The notes: a model not told the origin generated them from the sequence alone. DNA of 64,000 nt from Leptolyngbyaceae cyanobacterium (GCA_050331235.1 JBHJHA010000019.1:62212-126211); one strand, 5' to 3'. Counted from the stretch's first letter, positions 1 through 10,730 are shown. Program-made: numbers and translations.

Positions 1-719
1 TCTGGCACTATTAAGACTTCATCGGGCTGAATCACCAGGCGACGCTGACCCTCTAAGGTTTCAGTTAGCATGTTGCCCTGCACCGAAATCCAGCTATCCG
101 GCTCAAACTCCGTGCGATCACCCGCTAGCTTGACCGGGAGCCCCACAGGATAAGCATCGGCCGCACAGCAGGTCAACACAAACCGAGCCACCATTAAGTA
201 CTCCTCTGACCACTCCGGCGGGTGAATTACAAACCCAGTGACCGCAACTGGATCATCCGTGTAGGCATCCGGCTCAGGATATACGTTGAGCGTACGGATC
301 CATTCAACCAGGGTTCGCTCAACCGGCGGCGTGTTGCGTACAAATCGCTGGGGCTGGGCCCGAGTCACCCCCACCGGATCAGCAATGCCCCGCGCCAAAG
401 CCGCTTCACTCGAAAACGGTCGGGGGACATAGATCAACCCAAAAACGGCGATCGCCAACAATATCAGCAAGCTCCATTGACGGGGCACCAGAGTAATGTG
501 AGGCGTCGAGACCGTTGGTTGCGATCGCCACAGCGCGGTAACGCGCCACAGAGCCATCGCCACGAGACACCAGCCCGCGCCAATGGCTAACCAGTGATAG
601 TCAGGATGCAGGAGCACAGCCAACCGCCCCGTCCACCAGTAACGCAACAGCATCAGGCCCCATAGCAACATGGCCAGCGCGTCCCCAAAGATGGGCCAAG
701 AGAAGATCCGGTTCGTCAC
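1..719 (-). CDS. TIGR03943/DUF1980 (YcgQ-like) membrane protein, 3' end runs off the window
   Basis: Not in the ORF track. Manual translation from GTG at 719 gives VTNRIFSWPIFGDALAMLLWG...LLHPDY...RTLVEWIRTLNVYPEPDAY...FVLTCCAADAYPVGLPV. TCCAAD motif; lies directly downstream of the DUF318 permease, the usual pairing. Confidence 0.85.
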   Translation of the reverse strand, partial: MTNRIFSWPIFGDALAMLLWGLMLLRYWWTGRLAVLLHPDYHWLAIGAGWCLVAMALWRVTALWRSQPTVSTPHITLVPRQWSLLILLAIAVFGLIYVPRPFSSEAALARGIADPVGVTRAQPQRFVRNTPPVERTLVEWIRTLNVYPEPDAYTDDPVAVTGFVIHPPEWSEEYLMVARFVLTCCAADAYPVGLPVKLAGDRTEFEPDSWISVQGNMLTETLEGQRRLVIQPDEVLIVP

Positions 720-729
720 AGGTTTCAAC

Positions 730-1743
730 TCACCAACTCGTGTAGAGATTGACAACCAAGGTAAATACAAACGTGAGCTGAGCAGCCAAGACAAACAGAT
801 ATACCACGGCTCGACTCTTGAACGTCGTCAGCAACAGGGAAATATTTTTGAGATCAATCATGGGACCAAACACCAAGAAGGCCAAGATCGAGCCACTGGT
901 AAACGTGGAAGAAAATGACAGAGCAAAAAAGGAGTCAACCGTCGAACAAATGGAAACTATCCACGCCAGCAACATCATCGCCAGGATAGAGGTGATGGGA
1001 CCTTGCCCCAAAGCCAGAATCCAATCTCGGGGGATGGCCACCTGCACCGTCGCCGCGATCGCGCTGCCCACAACGAGCACCGCACCCAACTCCCGAAATT
1101 CCTGCAGCATCATTTCTAAGATGGCCTGGACTTTAATTGGCCAAGCCCCTTTAGCAAGCGCCGCCGCTTCGGCAACCACTGGCGGCTGATCCAGCTTCAT
1201 CGCACCAGTTGAACTGAGCAGATAGGTACCGCGACTCAACAAAGTCGCCTCAGAACCGATTAACATCGGTTGCGGTGCCGGTGCCACCAAATACCGGGCA
1301 ACCGCCGGTTTGAGAAACGGCCGCAAATCTTTTTGCACGCTAAAGACACAGGCAATGATGACGGATATCAAGATGGTCAGACCCACCCGCCAAAACACCA
1401 TGGCTGGCTGGTCACGAAAAGCAACCCACGTTGCCCAAAACACGATGGGATTGACCGTCGGTGCAGCCAGTAAAAAACCAATGGCCAAGGCCGACGGCGC
1501 ACCTTGCATCAGCAACCGCCGCGCCACGGGCACATTGCCGCATTCACAGACTGGAAACAAACAACCAAACAAACTGCCTGAAATGGCGGCCAGTACCGGC
1601 TGCTTGGGTGTCAAGGCAATCAATTTACGCTCGTCGACCAAAACCGCCAACAGACTAGAAAAAGCTACCCCCAACAGCAAAAAGGGCGTCGCCTCGACTA
1701 GCAAACTGAGGAAGAGTGTTAGACCTTGGTTTAGTTGAGACAT
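730..1743 (-). CDS. DUF318/YcgR-type permease (putative metal transport)
   Basis: LVEATPFLLLG, FPVCECGNVPVARRL, SICSTVDSF and GPMIDLKN motifs; multiple TM segments. Confidence 0.85.
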   Translation of the reverse strand: MSQLNQGLTLFLSLLVEATPFLLLGVAFSSLLAVLVDERKLIALTPKQPVLAAISGSLFGCLFPVCECGNVPVARRLLMQGAPSALAIGFLLAAPTVNPIVFWATWVAFRDQPAMVFWRVGLTILISVIIACVFSVQKDLRPFLKPAVARYLVAPAPQPMLIGSEATLLSRGTYLLSSTGAMKLDQPPVVAEAAALAKGAWPIKVQAILEMMLQEFRELGAVLVVGSAIAATVQVAIPRDWILALGQGPITSILAMMLLAWIVSICSTVDSFFALSFSSTFTSGSILAFLVFGPMIDLKNISLLLTTFKSRAVVYLFVLAAQLTFVFTLVVNLYTSW

Positions 1744-1860
1744 CCCTGCCTACCCACTGTCGGATGCGGTCATCGCCTACTCGCCCATCCCGAGAGCATG
1801 AGCTTGAGACGCAATCCCACCATCATAATGCGTCATGATCCCCATCGTGGGTGGCTCAAC

Positions 1861-2544
1861 TCACCACAGTCTAATTTTGGTTACGCTGATGTTGCCCGAC
1901 AGGCAGATATCCACATCAGCGCCCGCATCACGGCGGCGATCACGATATTTGCCGGTATAGTGAAAGCGATCGCCGTCAATTTCAAATTCGGTCGGCAGCG
2001 GCTGTGTACAGGTGGGACAAAACACGATCGCCGGAGGCGGATCAGCCGCCTGTAGATGAGGCAAGTTGACATTCCAAAACTGTCCCGACTCCAGCGGTTG
2101 TTCCATGAGTTGTAACAATACGCCCCGAGCGAGTCGGGTAGCCATCTCCCAATCAATCGGCTGACGATTCGCAATGTAATGGGAAATGGCAATGCCCGGA
2201 ATGCGTAACAGCGTGGCTTCTCGCACCGCTGCCACCGTCCCCGAAACATAGATGTCAGAACCGAGATTGCCACCAGCGTTGATTCCCGACAGCACCCATC
2301 GTGTCTCTGGATGCAAATAGCTCACAGCCACACGGGTGCAGTCCGCCGGAGTACCGCTAATGGCGTGTTCCCGCTCAGCCCGCTGGGCAATGGCGATCGC
2401 CCCACCACGATTAAGCTGATGGCTACAGCCTGACAGCGGCTGATCTGGCGCCACAATAGCCGTCACAACCTCGGGGAAAGCCGCCTGCAAGGCACGAATA
2501 CCTGGGGCATCAATGCCATCATCATTTGTCAACACTATGGTCAT
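1861..2544 (-). CDS. surE: 5'/3'-nucleotidase SurE
   Basis: LTNDDGIDAPG, GTPADC and SGINAGGNLG...SGTVAA motifs; start moved to the ATG at 2544. Confidence 0.93.
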   Translation of the reverse strand: MTIVLTNDDGIDAPGIRALQAAFPEVVTAIVAPDQPLSGCSHQLNRGGAIAIAQRAEREHAISGTPADCTRVAVSYLHPETRWVLSGINAGGNLGSDIYVSGTVAAVREATLLRIPGIAISHYIANRQPIDWEMATRLARGVLLQLMEQPLESGQFWNVNLPHLQAADPPPAIVFCPTCTQPLPTEFEIDGDRFHYTGKYRDRRRDAGADVDICLSGNISVTKIRLW

Positions 2545-2669
2545 GGAAGGAGGTACCCTGAAATGCACAGTAACCGTCAGCCCTGCAAATGCTGAAGACC
2601 TTGAGGCTGTGGGGTCAATGGGGGTATTAGCTCTTAACTCAATGCAGCACCTAGGACGGGTCGTGAGCG

Positions 2670-3524
2670 CTAGAGCCAAGTGCCGGTAAATACTTTTTCG
2701 GCTGGTCCCGTCATGTAAACACGATTGTCGACAGCGGACCATTCAATGTGCAGCGGCCCCCCGGGCAATTCGACCGTGGCCGCACGATCACAATGGTCGG
2801 TGAGTACCCCAGCCACGAGCGACGCACAGGCCCCGGTGCCGCAGGCCAGCGTCGCCCCGGCTCCCCTTTCCCAAACCCGCATCTGGAGATAGTCGCGACT
2901 TACCACCTCGATAAATTCCGTATTGATGCGCTGGGGAAACACACTGTGATGCTCGAATTGCGGACCTAACTCAGCCAAGGCGATCGCGGCGGCATCATCC
3001 ACAAAGGTGATGCAGTGGGGATTGCCCATACTGACACAGGTGATCGACCACTCCTGACCAGCAACCGTCAAAGGTTGACCAATCACCGACTCATTGGCAG
3101 CCACTACCGTCGTAGGAATTTTTCCCGCTGCCAAAATCGGCTCGCCCATGTCAACTGTGACTTGACCGTCGGGCTGCAGCGTGGGCGTCATCGTTCCCGC
3201 CAGCGTATGAATGGTGTAAGCCTTGGGGGGAGCTGCTGGTTGACCATCGGCCGTCTCCAGATCTGCAATGAACTTCGCCAAGCAGCGAATGCCGTTGCCG
3301 CACATTTCGGGCTCTGACCCGTCAGAGTTAAAGATTCGCATGGTGTAGTCGGTGCCCTGCTGTCCTGGCAGGACAAAAATCACCCCGTCGCCTCCAATGC
3401 CAAAATGGCGATCGCACCACTTACTCGCCTGTTCGGGCGTCAGCATCATGTCCGATTGGTGTCGGTTGTCAACCAGGACAAAATCATTACCCAGTCCGTG
3501 ATACTTACTAAATGCGATCGCCAT
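2670..3524 (-). CDS. dapF: diaminopimelate epimerase
   Basis: [24 protein letters not shown] and [15 protein letters not shown] motifs. Confidence 0.97.
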   Translation of the reverse strand: MAIAFSKYHGLGNDFVLVDNRHQSDMMLTPEQASKWCDRHFGIGGDGVIFVLPGQQGTDYTMRIFNSDGSEPEMCGNGIRCLAKFIADLETADGQPAAPPKAYTIHTLAGTMTPTLQPDGQVTVDMGEPILAAGKIPTTVVAANESVIGQPLTVAGQEWSITCVSMGNPHCITFVDDAAAIALAELGPQFEHHSVFPQRINTEFIEVVSRDYLQMRVWERGAGATLACGTGACASLVAGVLTDHCDRAATVELPGGPLHIEWSAVDNRVYMTGPAEKVFTGTWL

Positions 3525-3721
3525 GCTGCTTATTCAACCCTATGCCGATTACCTGCTCATTTGCCAGCAGCCCGGTGAGGCGCTCAATATCCTCAATCAG
3601 GTCCTTTGCCGACTTTCTTATCGTAAATCTTTGTCGGAGGAAGCGCGATCAAAATGGCTAAAGGTGGGTACCCTGGAATCCAGTATGTTTGTTTGTTCAC
3701 CGTTACACCGGGTGTCCTCCG

Positions 3722-3931
3722 ATGAGTTCAGAACTAGAAGCTGGGCTACCCAGCACGCGATTGCTGCAAACCTATCTGCGTGATAAGCGGAAAGTTGCCG
3801 TGAAACTCGTCACGGGAGATACGGTGACGGGTGCCATCACCTGGCAAGATCCTAATTGTCTTTGCATTGATGTCGAGGGCGAACCGGTGATGATTTGGCG
3901 TTCTGGCTTAGTTTCTCTCCAAGGCGCTTAA
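3722..3931 (+). CDS. hfq: cyanobacterial Hfq-related RNA-binding (Sm-fold) protein
   Basis: 69 aa MSSELEAGLPSTRLLQTYLRDKRKVAVKLVTGD...GAITWQDPNCL; divergent from dapF. Confidence 0.85.
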   Translation: MSSELEAGLPSTRLLQTYLRDKRKVAVKLVTGDTVTGAITWQDPNCLCIDVEGEPVMIWRSGLVSLQGA

Positions 3932-4099
3932 GATTGAGGTCAAGCAGTGTTGTTGCACGGCAGGACCGCACTGGTGGTCACGCTGTTGCCAAAATGCAGT
4001 TGTCAAAATGCAACCTAGTCGCCCGATAGTTTCGCCAAGCGACGTTCTAAACGCTTCGTTTATGACCGCTCAATTGTCCCCTTCTCAGCCTCGAATTCC

Positions 4100-5032
4100 A
4101 TGAAGCAAACTTTTTCCTTTTATGGATTGCCAGGCCTTAATGCGGCGCTTAAGAAACATCAGGTCTCTTGGCGATCAGTCATCTTTATGACCCTAGCTGG
4201 AGCCATTACGCTATTCGTTACCCTCGCCCATCCGCCTGCCTATGCCGCCTATGATGTGGCTATTCAACCTGGGGCTCCCCGCCAGGGAGACACTGTTTCC
4301 ATCATCAGTACAGAACAAGCGCGCAGTGCCCAAGTGCCCACGGTGAGTGTCAACGAGGTGGTCTATCCCACCTTCTCAATTGGCCAGGGTCGGCATCGCA
4401 CTTTCTTACCCACGAGCCCGCTTCATGCCTCGGGGGAATATATTATTCGCGTTGAGGGACCCGAGGGGCCGCGAAATCCGATGGTGTGGCTGAGCGATCG
4501 CAGCTTTCGGACGCAATACATCACGCTCTCCCCTAGCCAGAGCAACCTGGGCACCGACTACGAATTTGATCGCGTCGATGCCTTTAAACAACTTGTCAGC
4601 CCTGACAAGTTTTGGGCGGGTCCTTTTTTGCGTCCTAGCCAAGGGCGCGTAAGCTCCGAATATGGAGTGAGACGCTATTACAACGGCGTGTTTGCCGACA
4701 ACTACTACCATCGGGGCATCGACTATGCCGCGCCTACGGGCTCACCAGTCATCGCTCCTGCGGCTGGCAAGATTGCCCTGGTTGGCCGGGTTGCCGATGG
4801 CTTTGAGCTCCATGGCAACACTATCGGCCTTGACCATGGTCAAGGAGTCGAGAGCATTTTCATTCACCTCAACAGTATCAACGTTCGCGAGGGTGATTTT
4901 GTGCAAGCGGGACAAGTCATTGGCACAATTGGCAACACCGGCGCGTCCACCGGTCCCCATCTGCATTGGGGGCTCTATGTCAATGGCGTAGCCGTTGATC
5001 CGGCTCCTTGGCGAAGCCAAACGATCGAATAG
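4100..5032 (+). CDS. M23 family metallopeptidase with N-terminal TM/signal
   Basis: HRGIDY (HxxxD) and STGPHLHW (HxH) motifs. Confidence 0.92.
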   Translation: MKQTFSFYGLPGLNAALKKHQVSWRSVIFMTLAGAITLFVTLAHPPAYAAYDVAIQPGAPRQGDTVSIISTEQARSAQVPTVSVNEVVYPTFSIGQGRHRTFLPTSPLHASGEYIIRVEGPEGPRNPMVWLSDRSFRTQYITLSPSQSNLGTDYEFDRVDAFKQLVSPDKFWAGPFLRPSQGRVSSEYGVRRYYNGVFADNYYHRGIDYAAPTGSPVIAPAAGKIALVGRVADGFELHGNTIGLDHGQGVESIFIHLNSINVREGDFVQAGQVIGTIGNTGASTGPHLHWGLYVNGVAVDPAPWRSQTIE

Positions 5033-5286
5033 CCCTTGTCACTGACCGATCCGACAATTCATCAAAGCTTCATCTGCTAGCGCCCGCTTGATGGGAATGC
5101 TATCGAACAACCGAGCAGCTTGAGAATGCTGTCAAAGCCTGCCTAAAAAGTAAATATACCTGTGGAGTTTTCGACCTAAGGGGGGCACAATAGGCCCAGA
5201 AACAGAAAGCTTATAAAAACCTGGCCTGTTCTGGTTTCATCTGTTCACCAGGCGACATCAATAACGCATACGTAGCGTTAGAATCT

Positions 5287-5844
5287 ATGAGCATTGAAAA
5301 ATTTGTTGAACAAGCCATTCTAGACGGCTATTTAACGCCCGCAATGGAAGCCGAGGTTGGACGTATCTGTGATACTGCCTCAGAGCTATCTATTGAAGAA
5401 TATATGGCGCTAGACCGGCTAATGGGTGCTCTTTTAACGGGTGAAGTAGTTGCGGTACCGCGCAAGCAATTCATCAACGTGATGGAAGAGTTAGTCCTTA
5501 CAGAAGCCATCTCTCGGGTAGCGGAGATTGAGTCGAGCTCTGACACAACTCTCGACTTGGGCGACATCGCGGCCTATGCCCTCAATCGACTGCCACCGCT
5601 TTATGCGACTACTGAGGAGGGGGCGGCCTTTCAGCGCAATAACGCCAAGGCTGAACTCTCGGTTCTGATTTCTGACCAGGTTAAAGAAGCGATCGCCCGC
5701 AGCCTTAATCAGCCTGACTTTTACCCTGAGCGGCACTCTATTCGTAAACCTACTGGTGGTGAAAATGTTTTGGGTCAGGTGAGCGACTTGCTACAAGACT
5801 ATGCCCACAAGTTCACCCCTGAAGCTCAAGGCGCTCGCCAGTAG
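5287..5844 (+). CDS. ComFB-domain protein (CdgR-like cyclic dinucleotide receptor)
   Basis: INVMEELV...DIAAYALNRLPPLYATT ComFB signature plus a cyanobacterial N-terminal extension. Confidence 0.85.
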   Translation: MSIEKFVEQAILDGYLTPAMEAEVGRICDTASELSIEEYMALDRLMGALLTGEVVAVPRKQFINVMEELVLTEAISRVAEIESSSDTTLDLGDIAAYALNRLPPLYATTEEGAAFQRNNAKAELSVLISDQVKEAIARSLNQPDFYPERHSIRKPTGGENVLGQVSDLLQDYAHKFTPEAQGARQ

Positions 5845-5899
5845 CGATAAGTCCCACTGTCTGTCGAATATTAGGCGTTGTAGCTTCTACTTATCGCCT

Positions 5900-5948
5900 C
5901 ACCTCTCTCAAGGCATGTCTCCGCTGCTAGGGAACCTTGAGAGAGGTG
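5900..5948. terminator. 14-bp perfect inverted repeat between convergent genes (terminator/hairpin)
   Basis: CACCTCTCTCAAGG (5900-5913) pairs with CCTTGAGAGAGGTG (5935-5948), 21-nt loop; no clear U-tract. Confidence 0.55.
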
Positions 5949-5957
5949 TCGGCTGGA

Positions 5958-6434
5958 CTAACCAGCTATGTCTCCTGACAAAACGACTTGTTGCTCAAAC
6001 TGCTGGTGCTCATTCAGCCGCCAACTCCGGAGCTCAGTGACCAGTTCAGCGGTGACCCTCATGATGGGGTAGCAGTAGCCCGACCAAGCCAGTTGGCGAT
6101 CGCGTTCAGACGGGACCGGTGGATGGTCCGGATGGGAATGATAAACGCCGAGGATAATCCAGTCGCGATCACGACACTCACGCTGGACCTTACATAGGAT
6201 TTCGGGAGCAATCCAAAAGCGATTTTGCTTACCCGCTGACAGAGGAGCCTTTTCAGTAAATGGGTTTACAGCTACTGACCAATCGTTTGCTACTGGTCGC
6301 ACTTCATATACATAATCACGATCAACGGCTAGATCTCGCTGGCCGAGTAGTAGACCACAGCACTCTTCTGGATAGGCCTGTTGAGCATAGGTTTGCATCG
6401 CAGCAAGTTGATCAGCCTGTAATACGAGCGTCAT
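5958..6434 (-). CDS. M67 family JAB/MPN (Mov34) metallopeptidase
   Basis: YPEECCGLLLG and YHSHPDHPPVPSERD JAMM motif. Confidence 0.92.
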   Translation of the reverse strand: MTLVLQADQLAAMQTYAQQAYPEECCGLLLGQRDLAVDRDYVYEVRPVANDWSVAVNPFTEKAPLSAGKQNRFWIAPEILCKVQRECRDRDWIILGVYHSHPDHPPVPSERDRQLAWSGYCYPIMRVTAELVTELRSWRLNEHQQFEQQVVLSGDIAG

Positions 6435-6552
6435 AAGCAATGGGCAGTGTTGACCTCTCCAGTCTGCCGCAATGGAGGGCTAGCATGTCGCTATCGGTTA
6501 GCGACATTGTGAGCACTGTATATCGTCAGTTTCTACCGTTACTCGGCGACCG

Positions 6553-7908
6553 TTACTCAGCAACGGCGAGGCGCTGCTGCAATGCATCAACGACTTGATC
6601 CAAGGCAACGGCTCTAGACGCCTTAAACAAAACGCGATCACCCGATTGTAGTAGAGCACTCAGGTAGCGAATTAAAGAATCTGGGTCAGTGAAGGATATC
6701 GTCGGCACTGGAGCCGCGCCATTGACAAGGGCTTCTGTCTCGGCAGGCGAGGCCAGCGTCAACAGAGCATCTAACCCTAGCTCGCTCACGCATTGACCCA
6801 CCTGGCTATGCAAACGTAGAGAATATGGGCCGAGTTCTTTCATTGTGCCCAATACGGCGATGTGCCGTCGGCCTGGGATTCCTTTCAGCAGTCGCAGGGC
6901 AGCCTGCATCGATTCAGCCCCCGCATTATAGGTTTCGTCCAGCAAGACAATATCGTTGGCCAGGGTCAGACGCTTGGCTCGGCCACTGGGCAACGTCACA
7001 GCCAGTCCCGTTTGCAGCGATCGCCAATCGAGCTGGAGGGCAGACATCACCGCGATGGCAGCCAAAAAATTACTGGCATTATGCGCTCCGGGCAGGGGCA
7101 GGGGCAGGCTGATCCCCTCAACGACCAGCTGATCATTGCTGACCAGCTGCCCGTGAATATCTCCGCCAGTCAAACCGTAGGTGATGCAGCGGCCTGACCA
7201 CACGCGGGCGGCGGTATCCATCAATCGAGCATTGTCAAAATTGAGCACTGCGATGCCATTGAGGCTGAGCCCACCCAATAGCTCACATTTGGCTTCAGCG
7301 ATCGCCTGCTCACTCCCCAACAGCTCAATGTGGGCCGTACCGACATTCGTGATAACGGCTATGTTGGGCTGGGTCATTTGCGCCAGAGCTGCAATTTGCC
7401 CCCGCCCTCGCATGCCCATCTCGATGACTCCGTAACGATGCTCCCGGGTGAGTCCTAGCAGCGTCTGGGGCACGCCAATTTCATTGTTGTAATTGGCTGT
7501 GGTTTTCCAAACTGGGCCCTGCGTTTGTAGGGCAGCAGCGATTAGCTCTTTAGTTGTGGTCTTGCCCACGGATCCGGTCACCGCTACCAAAGGCGTTTGT
7601 AGTTGCTGCCGCCACCAGCGAGCGATCGCCTGGTAGGCAGCCAGCGTATCCGGCACCTGTAATTGAGGTTCTACGCTAACCGGATGCTGCACAATGACAC
7701 CAGCCGCCCCTTGAGCGATCGCGGTATCGACAAACGCGTGACCGTCAAATCGCTCCCCCACTAAGGCCAAAAACCAATCGTTGGGCCGCAGGCTACGAGT
7801 GTCAGTGGACACACCATAGCCCAAGGTAGAACTCACTGACGATGGCTCACCCATCAACCTAGCGCCCGTGACTTGCACCAGGTCAGTCAACGCGATCTGA
7901 AAAGCCAA
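6553..7908 (-). CDS. murF: UDP-N-acetylmuramoyl-tripeptide--D-Ala-D-Ala ligase
   Basis: VTGSVGKTTTKE, NYNNEIGVP, EMGM, DETYNA and KASR motifs. Start uncertain: TTG at 7908 with upstream GGAG; the ORF extends to 7953. Confidence 0.95.
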   Translation of the reverse strand: MAFQIALTDLVQVTGARLMGEPSSVSSTLGYGVSTDTRSLRPNDWFLALVGERFDGHAFVDTAIAQGAAGVIVQHPVSVEPQLQVPDTLAAYQAIARWWRQQLQTPLVAVTGSVGKTTTKELIAAALQTQGPVWKTTANYNNEIGVPQTLLGLTREHRYGVIEMGMRGRGQIAALAQMTQPNIAVITNVGTAHIELLGSEQAIAEAKCELLGGLSLNGIAVLNFDNARLMDTAARVWSGRCITYGLTGGDIHGQLVSNDQLVVEGISLPLPLPGAHNASNFLAAIAVMSALQLDWRSLQTGLAVTLPSGRAKRLTLANDIVLLDETYNAGAESMQAALRLLKGIPGRRHIAVLGTMKELGPYSLRLHSQVGQCVSELGLDALLTLASPAETEALVNGAAPVPTISFTDPDSLIRYLSALLQSGDRVLFKASRAVALDQVVDALQQRLAVAE

Positions 7909-8112
7909 TGCCCCTACTCCACAATTTCGCTGTATGGAGCCAGGGACTGTCACCCATCAAGTTGACATCACCCCTGACTGTATGTGTGATTTTCCCATAA
8001 GTGCTGTCAGTATGCGGTGGTCATGATTGGGGAGGCCGTCGCACTGCGCCAGCGCTCCCAATATCGGTAACTCGCTAGAATCTTGGCAATGTAAACGGTG
8101 AGGCAACCACCA

Positions 8113-9105
8113 GTGACCAAAACACTCGGCTTAGCTTTAGGAACTGGAGGGGCGAGAGGATGGGCCCACGTCGGGGTCATTAGAGCATTCGAAGAAGCTG
8201 GCATCAAAGTTGACTACCTAGCCGGTACCAGCATTGGCGCTTTAGTCGGTGCCATTTACATGGTTGGCAAATTAGACCAGCTAGAAACCTTTGCCCAAGA
8301 GGCCAGCTTTTCGGAACTAGTTCCGCTAATGGATATTTCTTTTCCCGGCGTTGGCCTGCTTCAGGGCGATCGCGTTTATCGCTTTATCGCTGACTATGTG
8401 GCTGATCACTGGCTTGAAGATGCCCCAATTCCTTTCCACTGTGTGGCTACCAACTTTTTACAAAAGCAAGAGGTTATTATTGACGGCGGGCCAATGGTGC
8501 AAGCAGTCCGGGCCAGCATTTCCATTCCCGGCATTTTCGCACCGTTCAAGCATCAAGAAAACGTTTATCTCGTTGACGGGGGCATCATCAATCCTTTACC
8601 CATCAGCGTGGTGCGAGCCATGGGGGCCGATGTGGTAGTGGCAGTCAATTTAAACAGCGACACGACCATTGACCATGAAGACATCATTACTCAGTCCCCT
8701 GCAGCCCACTCTGCCGAAAATCACCAATCCGAGCCTAAGCCAGTTAATGACGCTCAGTCAGCAGTCGATTCGAAATCGACCGAGGCCGCAGACAGTGCTG
8801 CGCTCGCCACTTTAGCCAACCGCTACGAAGCCTTAAAAGGGGTCCTAAATGATCAACTCGACAACTGGATTCCAGACGCTGAGACTGGTATCAACATTTT
8901 TGATGTCTTGGGTAATTCCATCAACGTGATGGAAAAGCGCGTCACAGAAATCAATCTGCTTGTGGATAAACCCGACGTCCTGATTGATCCTCCCCTATCC
9001 GAATTTGGCACCTTTGACTTTCACCAAGCCCAAACCATCATGCCTCGCGGATATGAGGCGGCCAAGGCGATGATTCCCAGCATCCAAGCCTTACTCCAAG
9101 ATTGA
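8113..9105 (+). CDS. patatin-like phospholipase (RssA/NTE family)
   Basis: GTGGARG, GTSIG and DGG motifs. Confidence 0.92.
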   Translation: MTKTLGLALGTGGARGWAHVGVIRAFEEAGIKVDYLAGTSIGALVGAIYMVGKLDQLETFAQEASFSELVPLMDISFPGVGLLQGDRVYRFIADYVADHWLEDAPIPFHCVATNFLQKQEVIIDGGPMVQAVRASISIPGIFAPFKHQENVYLVDGGIINPLPISVVRAMGADVVVAVNLNSDTTIDHEDIITQSPAAHSAENHQSEPKPVNDAQSAVDSKSTEAADSAALATLANRYEALKGVLNDQLDNWIPDAETGINIFDVLGNSINVMEKRVTEINLLVDKPDVLIDPPLSEFGTFDFHQAQTIMPRGYEAAKAMIPSIQALLQD

Positions 9106-9116
9106 GCAGCACCGCG

Positions 9117-10410
9117 TCAAGACTGGGGCTGCGTTGACGGCATGACTTTGATTAGAGCCGTGTAAATTAGCAGGGCAGACACAATGCCGTTGACGGGAAC
9201 GATGCCCCAGCCAGCCTGGTTAGTGAAGTAGGCGATCGCCGATGCCACCACATAGGCGATGACGCCAGCCCCGTTAAAGGCCGGCTGAGCCTCCGTCACC
9301 GGCGGAAACTCACCCCCTCGGTGGAACCAATAGTCGGCCATAATAATGCCGCCAATGGGAGGAATAAACGTTCCCAGCAAGATCAAATACTGCACTAGCA
9401 TGGCGTAGATGCCCCCCCAAGCCAGCACGAGGGCAAAGGTCGCACCGCCGAGCACTAACAAGGTGCGCTTTTGAGTGCGAAACATGTTGGAGCCTGCAAT
9501 AGAAAAGGCATAAATCGTGTTGTCTTGAGTGGTCCACATGTTGAGGAAAAACAGCACCAACCCCCACAACAAGAGCCCCTGGGTGGCCATGACTTGAACG
9601 ATATCAGGCTCACCGTAGACCTTGGCACAAAACGCTCCACTAAAAATCAAAAAGCCGTTGCCTAAGAAAAACGCGATCAACGTGGCGACAAATCCAGCTT
9701 TGCCAGATTGAGCAAACCGGCTCCAGTTGGTCGCTTGGGTCCCCCCTGACACAAACGTCCCAACGATGATAGTAATGGCAGCGCCTAATGGTAAGGGATC
9801 GCTAATGGACAGCGCTTGCAACCCGGCTAAACCACCGACATCACTGCCGGCGATCGCCAAACTCCAAACCATCAAAATAATCATGGCAGGCACCGCAATC
9901 CGACTCAACCAATCCATGGCCTTGTAGCCAAAATAAGCCGTTGAGCAAAAAGCATAGGTAAAGAAGAGGATGATGAGCCAGTTCCAAGACTCTGGGACAC
10001 CGGCAAGACTGTTAAGCAACTGCGCCATCAACGCGGAACCCCAGGCATACCAACCAATTTGTGTGAAGCCCAGGATAAAATCGACCCAACGCGATCCCAC
10101 TCGTCCAAAGCTAAAGCGAGCCATTAAGAGTCGTGAGGCCGGTTTCGCCAGCGATGTAGCCGAGAAACGCCGCATACAGCCCCAAAATCAGATTACCCAG
10201 CAAAATCACGCCGACCAAATCCGGCCAAAACTGAAAAGAAGGTCCCACCAAGCCACCGGCAAACAACGTTCCAGAATAGAGGGTAAACCCAGCGAGGATT
10301 GGGGCCAGCGAAAGCATCGATTTACGGGCAGACACTGGGACAGGACTCAATGGATAATCCTCAGCTTGTTTGCCAGCAGGCAAGGACTGAGAATCGCTTG
10401 TATTTGTCAT
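9117..10410 (-). pseudogene. codB: cytosine permease CodB (NCS1 family), split by one frameshift near 10128; may be an assembly error
   Basis: ORF 10111-10410 gives the N-terminus up to GETGLTT and ORF 9117-10175 continues LMARFSFG...TQIGW, matching the CodB segment TGLTTxLxARFSFG. No other lesions seen. Confidence 0.85.
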
Positions 10411-10544
10411 AGGGCCTTAAAACAATTTGGTGGATGGAGCTAATGTAATTACGCTGGCGCTGAGAGCGTAGCTAGCTTTTTATCAAACTTGGCCAAGCTG
10501 TACAGTCGCATCAGTGCATCAGACGTTGGGCAATTTTGCCCGCC

Positions 10545-10587
10545 ATTGTAGGTGTAACTCACAACCAGGAAGTGTATCTTTAATGAC
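10545..10587 (-). promoter_or_regulatory. putative NtcA-activated promoter of codB
   Basis: Minus strand GTC-ATTAAAGA-TAC (10587-10574), a 23-nt spacer, then TACAAT (10550-10545). Fits GTAN8TAC-N22/23-TAN3T with one mismatch. Confidence 0.55.
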
Positions 10588-10730
10588 GCTTGCTTGCCAG
10601 CTACTAGCAAATTCACCCGCCTGAGTCCGCCATAGTAGCCCCCATAGCCGAGGCACTATCGGCTGCGGCTAATCTTGGGCAGAATGCGAAATCGCCCTGT
10701 ATTGTGAGAGAGTTAGGCGATCGCGATAGC

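Noticed and set aside
222..918. Plus-strand ORFs 222-590 and 670-918, and the many other antisense ORFs in the track
   Set aside because: They are shadows of well-supported genes on the opposite strand, with no motifs.
1800..1845. Possible Zur box upstream of the DUF318 permease/TIGR03943 pair
   Set aside because: Too many mismatches to TGATAATNATTATCA; only a weak ATCAT..ATGAT palindrome.
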